DNA of 20,000 nt. Origin: Proteromonas lacertae (taxonomy: Eukaryota). This document shows, one piece after another, positions 9,330 to 20,000 of the stretch (position 1 is its first letter; each line of letters starts with the position of its first letter). A program made the translations under genes and the position numbers. The notes under the pieces are model-generated. The model ran no database searches, was not told the DNA's origin, and worked only from the letters and a program-made list of their open reading frames with translations. The DNA is taken from assembly GCA_002245135.1 (NCBI GenBank), contig NGBS01000036.1:47317-67316 (forward strand), in the 5' to 3' direction.

Positions 9330-12300
9330 TTATTCTATTTTAGCTTTCTTCTTATCCACATTATCATCATCATCTTCTAACACAGCTTCTTCAAACTCAT
9401 TTTCATCATCATCATCATCATCATACAGGTAGCTGGAATTATATTTCGTACTTGTCCTTCTACTTCTTTTCGTTGCGTCAGATGAGATATTACTATCACT
9501 CATATTCAACTCTTGGGATTGTTGCATTTGTTGTGTTGGTTTAGCACTATTATATACAGGATAATATCTTTCTTCTCGAAAAGTATAGAATTTACAATCA
9601 ATTGCTCCAGGTAAACCTTCTATCAACTCAGCTATGAATGGTTGAGCAAATCCAAATGTTTCTGGACCAGATATACTAGTTCCAGCTTTATTAATACCAA
9701 TTTTAGATTTAGCTTTTTTGATTTTTATCAACACTTGAACCCAAGATGCTGAACAAGATTTATTGATAGAAGGATGAGTTGGATCATCACCAGCAGTCAC
9801 TTTGAATAAAGGACCACTATCTCCACCATCACATATTTCACTTCGATAGATTGTTCTACTACTTGCATCCATATAAGAAGTAGTTTCTCTTTCACTAATA
9901 AAACCAACTGGCCAAATATATTTGTCATTATAATAACTTCGTCTTGTATCTATATAACCTAATGAGATTATTGTTAATCCTTTACATTGAATTGGTAATT
10001 TGGTCTTTTCTAATTGTTTTTTACATTTTTCATAGATTTCTTCCCTACTTAATGGTTTATCAGGTATATTATTATTATTATTACTTATATTATTATTATT
10101 ATTATATGTATGACTATTATCATTATTATTATTATCTATTAGATTTGATATATTTGGTTTAGCTAATATTATATTATCATCATCAACCATATTTGGATCA
10201 TCCCAAGGTGAAGATTGGAGTAAAATTCTTAATAAAAACTTGGCTCGTTTCATTAACAACGTATCAGTTAAAGGGCGAATATTACTGCAAGGATGATAAG
10301 CATCAGCTGAAAATGATTCATTTAGAAAACCACGAAATTCTTTATACTTTTTAAGATCACCTAAACTTCTAGATCCATATTGTTCAAGAAATATAAATAA
10401 TATATAATCATGTAATTCAGGATTCCAACCTTCAGGCATTTCTTCATGTTGTTTTGGATGAGCTCGATTGATTCTAACTATCCAATTCTTTACATTCTTT
10501 TCTCCACAAGGTAATATATTCTTTCTTAATATATTCAATAATTCCATTTGATCAACTATTCTAGTTGCTACATGATAACTAATGAAATTTGTTACAGTTA
10601 ATTCTTCTGGATTTGTATTATTATTATTATTATTATCATTATTATTATTTGTTGATGATGAATTATTATCTTTTTCTTTATCTTTTTTTGTCTTTGTTTT
10701 AGATGTTTTAGATAATTTTGATGTTTTTGATCCTTTCTTTGGTGTTGATTGTGTTGTTGTTACTGGCTCAGATTGACTTGGAGTTGGTGTTTCAATTGTG
10801 TTTGATTGAATATTACCTTCTGGTTGAGATTCAACTTGACTTGCTGATGGTGTATCTGTTGATATTTCTGTTTGTGTATTTGATTGACTTGACTCAACTT
10901 GACTTGAAGTAATTTCAGCTTGACTTGGAGTTGTTCCTTCTTCTGCTTGACTTGTCTCAGCTTGACTATTTGATTGACTTTGTGTTATTTCAATTTGACT
11001 ATTATTTGCTGTTTCTGGTTGAGTTGTTGAGGGTGTTTCTGTTGTTTCCACTTGACTAGGTGTTGGAGTTGATTTCTTTCTATCAGGTGTTGAATTTGTA
11101 GTATTTTTAGGGTGAGAATCTTTTGATTTGCTTATTGAATTTGATGTAGTTATTCGATTAACTACTAAATATCGACAATATCTTTCCATCTCTAAGAATT
11201 TCAAATAAATTGAAGTCATTGGTTTATAATAGAATTTACCTTGACTGTATAAGAAATGATAAGGTCCATAAGGATCACTTAATAAATGATAACCTAAATC
11301 ACAAGATGTATAATGATTTACACTCTTTATTTCAGGATTTACTGCTTTTATTGCTTTATTCACTACATTTGATAATACTTCTCCACATATTACTTTCACA
11401 AATTCATCATTATCAACACTAAATTGATTTATATCTAATTTTAATGGATCTCCTTTATTATATGGATGATTTTCAGGTAAACTATAACTCTCTAATGTAT
11501 TTAATACACTTCGGAATTCATTCTTTGACCATAATGTACTTCGATTTGCTGCATCAAATTTATTATTCTTACCTGATGAAGATGCTGAGGAATATCCACC
11601 ATTTAATCTCACACCATTCTTTTTACCAATTATTACACCATCTGAATTTACATTATTACGTTGATAGGCTTGTAACAATCGAATTAATCTTCTGGCTAAT
11701 AATGTGAATTTTGGCCATTCAGGATGTGCTAATAAAATTGCATTTTTAGTCAAACTGGTCGATGTTGTTGTTGTTGCTGCTGTTGTGTTTGATGATGTAT
11801 CTTCTGTTTCCATTTCTGTTGATTCTTCTACTTCTTCTTTTACTTTTATTTTTTCTTCTTTAACATCATCAACTTTCTCATCTTTTACTTTATTTTCATC
11901 ATTTTCATCTTCTTCGTCATCTTCTTTAGCTTTCTCATCACATACGAACAATGGAAAATGTTTAAAATGAAGTTCAGGATCTTTCATTATCTCCAATACA
12001 CAGTTCCAACCATATTTACAGCAACCAACAAATAAACTATAATCATCATCTTTCTTCCACCAATTATAAGGAACATTAATATTACCTTTTAATGGGATTA
12101 TTTTATGTCTGTTCTCTGGTTTATATAATTCTAATTCATCTGCTATTACTCTAATATCATGTAATGTTGATAATACTAACATATCTTTATTATATAAAGT
12201 AAACCATCTTTTCCATATTACTAAATCTTTTAATAATACATGTGGAGTATGATTAGATAAATCTATTGGTTCATAACTGGAGAAATATTTCTTAAATTTT

Positions 12301-15300
12301 GGAGAACTTTTTGATTTTCCTTTCTTATCTTCCTCATTATTATTTTCATTATCATTATTATTTCTTACAATATCAGGATGAATATATTCTAAAACAGGAA
12401 ATTCAGATCTTCTTTCAATGACAGCAGCTAAAGCTTCTCTTCTAGCAACAGAACCACTACCAATACCAGATTTAATATATTGTTCAATATCTGGAGCTGG
12501 AGTTGTTTTAACAATATTATATACTCTTACCCATTGAGCTATTATATGAACACAAAGTTCAGTGACTTCTTGAACAGTATGTCTTCTATAAATACTACCA
12601 AGACTTTGTATTTCACTCCATTTACCAAAACCATACTGTTGTAAACCAGATATTACTTTATCTCTATCAGATTTAGACCATCTTAAACTACCATAACTCT
12701 CTTGTAAATCATCTCTATCATATCGATAATCACCATTACCATTTTCACCATTCTCATCATCTATTAAACCAGTAGGAGTTAATCCCATACTATTACGAGT
12801 AGTTCTTCGATTATTATCTCTTCTATCATCCAATAACAATACTTCTGGTGGAAATGAATCTTCAATTCCTGTATATTTCCTCCAAAAATCAGGATCATCA
12901 ATATCTATTTCATCTGATAGTGTATTTGACACAAATGATGCTTTACTGAATAATGATTCACTATCTTTACCTAATTGAACAGTTTGTGTTCTATTCTTTA
13001 AGATATCTTCAATATCTGCTTCCATAAAGGATTTACTTTCTTTTTCACTAATTCCTTCTTTTTCTTCTTGGAATATATGATAAGCACCATATTTTAATAA
13101 GTTTTCCATATCTTTCTTTGATAACATTAAATCTTTACTTTTACCTTCTTCTATATTATGTAATACTGCTTTATCTAAACCTAATTTCAAACTAGCTCTA
13201 TTGAACATTTCTTGTTCATATGTCTTTCGTGTAATAAATCGATAAATCTTTACACTTTTCGTTTGACCAATTCTATGACATCGAGCTTGAGCTTGAATAT
13301 CATTTTGAGGATTCCAATCACTATCAAACTCAATTACAGTATCAGCAGCAGTCAAATTAATACCAATACCACCTGCCTTTGTACTAATTAAGAATATAAA
13401 CACATCAGAATCTTTCCTACTGAATCTATCAATCGCATTCTGTCTTGTCATTGTATTTGAAGTACCATCAAATCTTTCATATTTATATCCTTTATATATT
13501 AAATAATCTTGAATTATATCCAACATTCTAACCATTTGACTGAATAATAATACTCTATGACCTTGCTCCTTTAATAATAATAATAATTTCTCTAATAATA
13601 CCATTTTACCACTTGTTTTGATTAACATATCCATTGATTTATCATAGAAATTCTCATCTTTTTCACTGATACTTTCTTCAGATAATATCTTTTCTTCTAT
13701 TCCATTGATCAAATATGGATGATTGCATAACTTACGTAATTGCAACATCACATTCATTAATGATGGAACAGCATTTTTAGCCATTCCTTGATACAAATAA
13801 TGAGCATTCTTTTCATAGATTGCACGGTAATATCTCTTTTGAATTGTGGTTAATTCAACTTCAATAATTGTCTCTTGTTTTGGTTTTAATTTCGTTTCAA
13901 CATCTCCTTTCATTCTTCTTAGGAAATAGCCTTTTAAAACTGTATGTAATTGATTTACTTGTGAGGCATCTTTAAGATTACCAAATTGCTCTTGGAATGT
14001 CTCTAAATCATCGAATTTATCAGGATCTATGATATTTAATAAACTAAATAATTCAGTTGTATCATTTTGAATAGGTGTACCAGTTAATAAAACAGTATTA
14101 CTTGCTTCAAAGGAGACAATAGTTGATCTAGTTTTATTATTCATTGATTTTAACTTATGAGCTTCATCTACTATCATTACTGACCATTTTATTTGTTGAA
14201 ATACAGTTTCACATACTTTACATATTTCAGGTGTTGTTAAACAAATATCAAACAATGGTTTGCCTTGAGGATCAAGCCATTCATATTGATGAATCATTCC
14301 TCTTGATAGTGTATCACCATGATAAGTAACACTATAAAAATCACTCCATTCTTCTATTTCTCTTTTCCAATTAGGTAATGTTGATAATGGAACAATAATC
14401 AAATATGGTGGAGGTATTTTGAATAATGTATATAGATTCTGTATATAACAAATACTTTGAATGGTTTTACCTAAACCCATTTCATCTGCTAAAATACTAT
14501 TTCTATTAACTATCCAATTCCATACTAGCCACTTTACACCTTCATATTGATAGTTTCTTAATTCATTTCCATTCTTATATTTATCTAATATCTTTGTTTT
14601 TGCAATAACATCAGCATGTGGTCTCCATTCAGAAAGATGAAATTTTATCTTTGATTTATTCTTTCTATTATGATAAACTTCAATTGGATGTTCATAGTTA
14701 TCACATTTTTTTAAATCATCTAAATACTCCCATGTTGATTCTTTGTAAGCTAAAGATTCCCATTTAACCAAATATTGATCTAAAGTCGGTGGATTGTTTA
14801 TATCATCGTTTATTGTGGGAGTTGTTAATGTTGATGATGATGATGATGATGGTGTTGTTGTTTCATCTTCTTCATTCTCTTCTTGCTCTTCTTCTTCTAT
14901 TTCCATATTATCTTTTGTTGATTTCTTACTCTTTGATTGTCTTCTTTTCTTATTTCCTAAATCTAATTCTATTCTTTCATTATCTTCATCATCACTATCA
15001 TCATTATCTTCTTCTTCTTCCATTTTGTTATTTTTCTTCTTGTTACTACTATCACTTTCATCAGATTCATTCAATTTCTGTCTTTTTGATGGTCTGCCTC
15101 TCTTCTTAGGAGTAGAATTTGTTGATGATGTTGGTGATGATAAAGATTTTGGAGATTTCTTTGTTTTTCGTCTTGCCCGTTTCTTTGGCTTAGGAGGTAT
15201 ATAATTCTCATTGTCGATGGTTCTCATATCTAAAATTCTATCAATTTCTAAATACTCAGATTGATGGTAAGGAAAATCTTCGTGTTGGAACTGGTATTCT

Positions 15301-15803
15301 AATTCATGCTTATGGTAACGGTTAATTTTTTGCTTCATATTATTACCTTCAAGATCTTCTAACTTATTCTGTAACTCCCAAGAACAATGAAGATAACTCA
15401 AATCGGCCCACTTGATGAATAACATTGTCACTTCAGTGTCATCTGCTGTGTCCATGTCCCAGCCAAATCTTGAGCCATTGTGAATGAAATGAGTGTTGAT
15501 ATTACTATATTTTTGTTTAAACTCTCCGAATTTCATGGTGGCTCGCCTTAAAATAATACCAACTTTCGGACAGGATCCATCATTTACTTGAAGTTTGGGT
15601 GTAGTGTTCGATCTATAAGTATCTACATCAGAATCGTTGCTCATATCATATTCGCTATAGTTTTTTGATGTTGACTTCGCTGTTGACAATGGAGTGGAAG
15701 AAAATGTGATGTTAAGCGGTTCATCATCGGAGGATTGGTTTTCACCTGGGAACTCGAGGTCATCTACTAACTCGTCTTCAAAATCGCTAGAATCAGAGGA
15801 CAT
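9330..15803 (-). CDS. CHD7: Chromodomain-helicase DNA-binding protein, CHD6-9/Kismet-like, with C-terminal FYRN/FYRC domains (2157 aa, intronless)
   Basis: Two chromodomains (FIKWADLSYLHCSWE; QYLVKWESLAYKESTWE). SNF2 motifs ILADEMGLGKT, DEAH, LLTGTPIQN, DSDWNPQNDIQAQARCHRIGQ. CHD6-9-type ETIIEVELT..QK.YYRAI and EMF.RASLKLGLDKAVL. SANT/SLIDE-like WW...DD.SL..G..KYG. FYR motifs IWPVGF and ISGPETFGF. The symbol indicates the subfamily, not strict orthology. Confidence 0.93.
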   Translation of the reverse strand: MSSDSSDFEDELVDDLEFPGENQSSDDEPLNITFSSTPLSTAKSTSKNYSEYDMSNDSDVDTYRSNTTPKLQVNDGSCPKVGIILRRATMKFGEFKQKYSNINTHFIHNGSRFGWDMDTADDTEVTMLFIKWADLSYLHCSWELQNKLEDLEGNNMKQKINRYHKHELEYQFQHEDFPYHQSEYLEIDRILDMRTIDNENYIPPKPKKRARRKTKKSPKSLSSPTSSTNSTPKKRGRPSKRQKLNESDESDSSNKKKNNKMEEEEDNDDSDDEDNERIELDLGNKKRRQSKSKKSTKDNMEIEEEEQEENEEDETTTPSSSSSSTLTTPTINDDINNPPTLDQYLVKWESLAYKESTWEYLDDLKKCDNYEHPIEVYHNRKNKSKIKFHLSEWRPHADVIAKTKILDKYKNGNELRNYQYEGVKWLVWNWIVNRNSILADEMGLGKTIQSICYIQNLYTLFKIPPPYLIIVPLSTLPNWKREIEEWSDFYSVTYHGDTLSRGMIHQYEWLDPQGKPLFDICLTTPEICKVCETVFQQIKWSVMIVDEAHKLKSMNNKTRSTIVSFEASNTVLLTGTPIQNDTTELFSLLNIIDPDKFDDLETFQEQFGNLKDASQVNQLHTVLKGYFLRRMKGDVETKLKPKQETIIEVELTTIQKRYYRAIYEKNAHYLYQGMAKNAVPSLMNVMLQLRKLCNHPYLINGIEEKILSEESISEKDENFYDKSMDMLIKTSGKMVLLEKLLLLLKEQGHRVLLFSQMVRMLDIIQDYLIYKGYKYERFDGTSNTMTRQNAIDRFSRKDSDVFIFLISTKAGGIGINLTAADTVIEFDSDWNPQNDIQAQARCHRIGQTKSVKIYRFITRKTYEQEMFNRASLKLGLDKAVLHNIEEGKSKDLMLSKKDMENLLKYGAYHIFQEEKEGISEKESKSFMEADIEDILKNRTQTVQLGKDSESLFSKASFVSNTLSDEIDIDDPDFWRKYTGIEDSFPPEVLLLDDRRDNNRRTTRNSMGLTPTGLIDDENGENGNGDYRYDRDDLQESYGSLRWSKSDRDKVISGLQQYGFGKWSEIQSLGSIYRRHTVQEVTELCVHIIAQWVRVYNIVKTTPAPDIEQYIKSGIGSGSVARREALAAVIERRSEFPVLEYIHPDIVRNNNDNENNNEEDKKGKSKSSPKFKKYFSSYEPIDLSNHTPHVLLKDLVIWKRWFTLYNKDMLVLSTLHDIRVIADELELYKPENRHKIIPLKGNINVPYNWWKKDDDYSLFVGCCKYGWNCVLEIMKDPELHFKHFPLFVCDEKAKEDDEEDENDENKVKDEKVDDVKEEKIKVKEEVEESTEMETEDTSSNTTAATTTTSTSLTKNAILLAHPEWPKFTLLARRLIRLLQAYQRNNVNSDGVIIGKKNGVRLNGGYSSASSSGKNNKFDAANRSTLWSKNEFRSVLNTLESYSLPENHPYNKGDPLKLDINQFSVDNDEFVKVICGEVLSNVVNKAIKAVNPEIKSVNHYTSCDLGYHLLSDPYGPYHFLYSQGKFYYKPMTSIYLKFLEMERYCRYLVVNRITTSNSISKSKDSHPKNTTNSTPDRKKSTPTPSQVETTETPSTTQPETANNSQIEITQSQSNSQAETSQAEEGTTPSQAEITSSQVESSQSNTQTEISTDTPSASQVESQPEGNIQSNTIETPTPSQSEPVTTTQSTPKKGSKTSKLSKTSKTKTKKDKEKDNNSSSTNNNNDNNNNNNTNPEELTVTNFISYHVATRIVDQMELLNILRKNILPCGEKNVKNWIVRINRAHPKQHEEMPEGWNPELHDYILFIFLEQYGSRSLGDLKKYKEFRGFLNESFSADAYHPCSNIRPLTDTLLMKRAKFLLRILLQSSPWDDPNMVDDDNIILAKPNISNLIDNNNNDNSHTYNNNNNISNNNNNIPDKPLSREEIYEKCKKQLEKTKLPIQCKGLTIISLGYIDTRRSYYNDKYIWPVGFISERETTSYMDASSRTIYRSEICDGGDSGPLFKVTAGDDPTHPSINKSCSASWVQVLIKIKKAKSKIGINKAGTSISGPETFGFAQPFIAELIEGLPGAIDCKFYTFREERYYPVYNSAKPTQQMQQSQELNMSDSNISSDATKRSRRTSTKYNSSYLYDDDDDDENEFEEAVLEDDDDNVDKKKAKIE

Positions 15804-16076
15804 TTTCTTTTAGAAGTTTGTAATTTTTGCAAAGATGATGATGATACAAGCTATTCTCAAAACTGCATCAGAAATTTCTGTCTTTTCATAGTCAAAAGAT
15901 GAAGTAAGGCATTTCGTTGTAGTAATATTACTATTTCACATATTTTCATAGATTCAAGCATATGCATACCTTTTTTTACAATAATATTACAATTTCAATA
16001 AATTACTTAGAAAACAAGTATAAAAACACAACAATAGTGATAATAAATCAAGATATAATATATAAAACTCATAAAT

Positions 16077-18823
16077 TTAATGAGTTCTATGTTTTACTAA
16101 AATAAATTGAGATTCAGAAGAAACAGTCACAAAGAATGGTCCTAATTTATTCGGTTCAAAAGTAGCAGGCATAATATAATACGCTTCATTCTCAGAATTA
16201 GCTTCCAACATAAAACTATAAGGAGTTGAAACTTCATCCATTGGAACAAAGTCAGTTTGATCCCAAACTCTTCCTTCATAATGAATTGGAGTTGTATTAG
16301 TTCCTTTTTCAAAATCTTTATCTGTAGAAACGTAGAAACCAATCATACAACCTACACTATCTTTAGCTATCTCTTTAGTCCAAGCTTTGTGTGGCCTTCT
16401 TAACGTTATTGTAACTTGAGCTGTATTGAATAAGGTTAATTTGAACTTTGGATTTTCTTGGTTATATTTGGGATGTAAATGCGAACCTCCAGCTTGATGT
16501 TCAACCCAAGCACCAGCTAATGTTTGGTTGTACTTTGGTGATAATTCTGCAATATCCATTGGAGTATCACTGTGGATTAATATACGATATTTACCTTCAT
16601 AACCTGGTAATGATAAAGATGGAATAACAATTATTCCTTTTTTGATTATATCATTTGGTAATTTCTTTAATAACATTGAACCTAGTTTGGATTGAGCGTA
16701 GGATGTATTCTGTATGTATTTACAGTCAGTTGATGCATATACTCTTCTTTTACCTAATTCATAAACAGACATATGAGTTATATCATCATTCTATATAAAT
16801 AAAAGAAATAATAATAATAATAAATATACTCCAACATTACTCAATGTAGGTGAATTTAAATCAACAACTCTTTTCACAGATCTATCTTCATAAGTACAAG
16901 GAACAATGGTTAAACCAATCTTTTGTTCGTTTTTACTTTCTTTTCTTGCTACAGCTTCACTATTCTGAATCATAGCTAATAATGTTGGTTTTGATCCTTC
17001 TGGGAATGTTATAATAAATTGAGGATTTTGACACCATTTAGGATTATAGATTAATGTATTTCCTTTGTGTGGAATAACAGTAGCTCCACCAGCACTATCA
17101 ATTTCTCCATTTCTATGTCGCCATTTACCTGATACAGATACAGAATAAGTAGCTATAATAATAATATTAATAATAAATAATGATAATATATATATATATA
17201 CTTTCTAATGGTTTAATATCAACTTCTTCTCTACTAAACACTCGTAATGTAAATGATATTTCTACACCTGGTTTATCAGTACATACAATAATATTATATG
17301 ATTTAGTTGGTACAATCTTTACTGAACTAACTGATACTTCTCTACTGGGAGCATTATATTGTAAAGAATCAGTCGAACTTTGAGCAACAATCTTAGATTC
17401 ATTTAACTTCCACAATCTATTGAATTTTCGTTTCTTTCTTTCTACTACGATGATATATATTTGATGAGGTTGAGATTCTTTATGAAGATGATGATCGAAT
17501 TGTACTAGTGATATAATACAGTCTGCTGGTTGTGAACAGGTCAATATATATTGAGGATTATTACACCATTGTGGATCTATATCTTCATTCGTATGTTTCA
17601 TTCCTTTGTACAAATAATCTTCACCTGGTGGATCAAATGTATTGAACTTTCCACTAGCCGTTTTCTCCTTCCATTCACTATGAACCAACAATCTATAAAT
17701 ATAAATATAAATAAAAATAGGTGAATAAATAAATATATTAATAATAAATATATACTGTGTAAAATCTGAATCAAATATTCTAGTAATAAATAATACATTA
17801 AAAGCCCTCAATAAATCTTGATAAACCATCCAAAAGTAACCATCATTTGAAGCTCTATCAACTGTTCTTCCATTCTGTATCAATATTTGTGATATTTCAG
17901 GGAATGAATCCCATTTATCACTTTGTTTACTCCAGTCTCCATTCCATTCGTGTAAGAACCAAGTATTATATAATTGTACCATCTTTAAACCACCTACTTC
18001 TTGTACATATGTTATTACATAAGGATAATTGTGGGTAATACCTGAGGTTTGTACAGGTTCTTCACTTTCAGTTTCTTCATTGCATATACATGCTAACATA
18101 TATCCCCATTTGTTATAACGGATTAAACGACTCCATAATTCACCTTCTGCGATCATTGATTCTATTGCTGGGGCATGAACTGAAATCTATTTTAAAATAA
18201 TAATAATAATAATTATTATTATATATGAAATACTTTATGGGAGATTCCACCAGTTAAATCAGCATAATATTCCTCTAATGTACATTTTTTAGTGTATTCA
18301 AAACTACCATATAATTTGGCAAATATCTTGACAAAGAGAGGAACGAAAAACTCATCTGGATCATTTGTTCTACCAAATGCTGGGATTATTTTTTCGTTGT
18401 TTCGATAAGTTGGGATTTTGGTATCAACAGTAATATGAATCCATTCACCATTTTTAAATAATTGCACTGTGAACATACCTCTGTCTAACCAATCTGTTTC
18501 ATTATCCTGAATGATAAGATTTTCGATAATATTTCTACTGTCTAGCATTACACCTTGTAAAGCAGCAAGTAATGGGGTGTTATCTATCAAACCCTAAATA
18601 CAAAATATATAAAAAATGTTACTTTGATCATTTGTCTTGGTGCACCTTTTTCTGAAAACAATACAGGATCAGATGCAATTTCTTGAGGTCTTCTCCACTC
18701 CATTCTTATTGGCATTCCGTCCTGAGTCAACTCTTCTGGTACTATATCCTTATTAATGTAAACAGATTCATTAAGAGCACCAAATTGCTCATCTATATAG
18801 AAATCTTCATCATCAAAATCCAT
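16077..18823 (-). CDS. Calpain-like protein (CysPc plus three domain-III/CBSW repeats), predicted inactive; 6 exons, 839 aa
   Basis: Exons 18823-18623, 18593-18234, 18186-17756, 17692-17202, 17152-16830 and 16790-16077 total 2520 nt in one open frame. GT-AG introns are 29, 47, 63, 49 and 39 nt. Motifs: EWRRP, F.NGEW..ITVD, K.FAKLYGSF, DLTGG, W.GDWS..S..W, DGYFWM, and three W....A(G/S)G...NP(Q/K) repeats. Confidence 0.88.
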
Positions 18824-19049
18824 TTTAATTCAAAAAACGTCTTTTTCTAATTTTGAAACGTATTAATTTCAATTATTGTTCCATTTTTTAATTTTTATTA
18901 TTTCTTCTTATTTACTGAGATTCAGTATATATTAAATTTATAATATTGGTATATTTTGTATTTAATATTATTAATAATATAGTAGTTAGTGTTTTTATCT
19001 TTATTTCTATAATTGTCTATTTTTAATCAATATTTATATCCAAAATACA

Positions 19050-20000
19050 ATGCGTTGCACGTCAATATTATGTTGTATTATACTAGCATTGTCAGCATAC
19101 ATCGTTGTCTCAATCAAGTATTTAAGCATAATAACAGTCTTACATAAAGAAGTTCCTCCATTTGATCCTCTAGATCCAAAAATAAACGATGATAAACTAG
19201 ATAATCACCCTAATTTAAGAGTTTCAGCTGCTATACAACCAACTACATCAGTATCTGTAGTAAAAAATATAATTCATATGCCAACATTAAAGCCCGGTAA
19301 AGTTATGGAAGCATTACCGACAAATTTCAGAGATATGGTAGCTGATCTAGGTTTACCCAAAAAATTTCCACAATCCTTAGTGACTCCAGATCCTTTATCA
19401 TTTATATTAGTTTGCTCAGTTTTCCCTTGTAACAAACTAACAATAAAACATACAAAAACGGCTATAATCATCAGAGCAAAATATCCAACAAAATCGCAGA
19501 TATTGCGGTATGCTGATTGGTTTTCTACTGGTTCAAGATGACTACGATTTCTATATCATGTTGGATGAGCCACTAGTGAGGCAATATACGATATTCCTAA
19601 TTTTATTTATATAAATTATACTATGGTTATGAATACATACCCAGAAATAGTGAATTTGAGAAGAGAGGTAATTGTAAGCATAGAAAATTCCCGGATTATT
19701 TTTTCTATATGTGGGTATCACATACCGAATACAATATTAATATGGTACAATCAGTTGCAGTATAAGTATGATTATTTGTGGATATTAGAACAGGACCTTG
19801 GATATAGTGGTAAAATAGGCGATTTCCTTAGAATATTTGATGATCAATCATATGATTTATTGCTGATAAATTATTGTGTTCACCAAAGAAATATGCTCAT
19901 CAATTCTGTAGAACTGAAAAATATGGTGAATTTCGTGCTAAACACAATGTAAATAATAGTCTATGTTATTCAGATGAATTTATTCAAAGATGGTCAAAGA
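19050..20000 (+). pseudogene. Signal-anchor membrane protein, possibly glycosyltransferase-like (YDYLWILEQDLGYSG), with multiple frameshifts; runs off the window
   Basis: Hydrophobic N-terminus. ORFs 19050-19541 and 19623-19952 share a frame but are separated by two TGAs. More protein-like text sits in the -1 frame at ~19530-19570 (QDDYDFYIMLDE), ~19664-19729 (RGNCKHRKFPDYFFYMWVSHTE) and ~19877-end (SPKKYAHQFCRTEKY...SDEFIQRWSK). Confidence 0.55.

Noticed and set aside
9944..15204. Plus-strand ORFs inside the CHD gene (9944, 10582, 10718, 11210, 11444, 11704, 14144, 14789, 14794)
   Set aside because: Antisense shadows of low-complexity N/D/E/S/T codon runs.
16142..19471. Small alternative-frame or antisense ORFs (16142, 17180, 17598, 17847, 19274)
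   Set aside because: They overlap the calpain or membrane-protein exons and have no independent support.

Overview
Very AT-rich eukaryotic DNA with short 29-63 nt GT-AG introns. A Blastocystis-like protist is plausible but inferred. The right half is host gene space: an intronless 2157-aa CHD6-9/Kismet-type remodeller with a C-terminal FYRN/FYRC domain (9330-15803, -), a six-exon 839-aa calpain-like gene lacking the catalytic Cys and His (16077-18823, -), and a frameshifted membrane-protein pseudogene (19050->20000, +). The left ~9.3 kb is a nested mobile-element pile-up with junctions readable to the base. A decayed intronless gene cassette, possibly viral, runs to ~2854 and is cut by a hAT transposase relic (~2851-3692). 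That relic is split by a 570-bp TGT..ACA MITE with a 5-bp TSD (2997-3566). Next is a non-autonomous hAT element with an 8-bp TSD (3695-9280). It hosts a 4514-bp Foldback/Mutator-like element (3864-8377) with a 9-bp TSD, 481-bp terminal inverted repeats and opposed 121-bp tandem arrays of very unequal size (3 vs ~25 copies).
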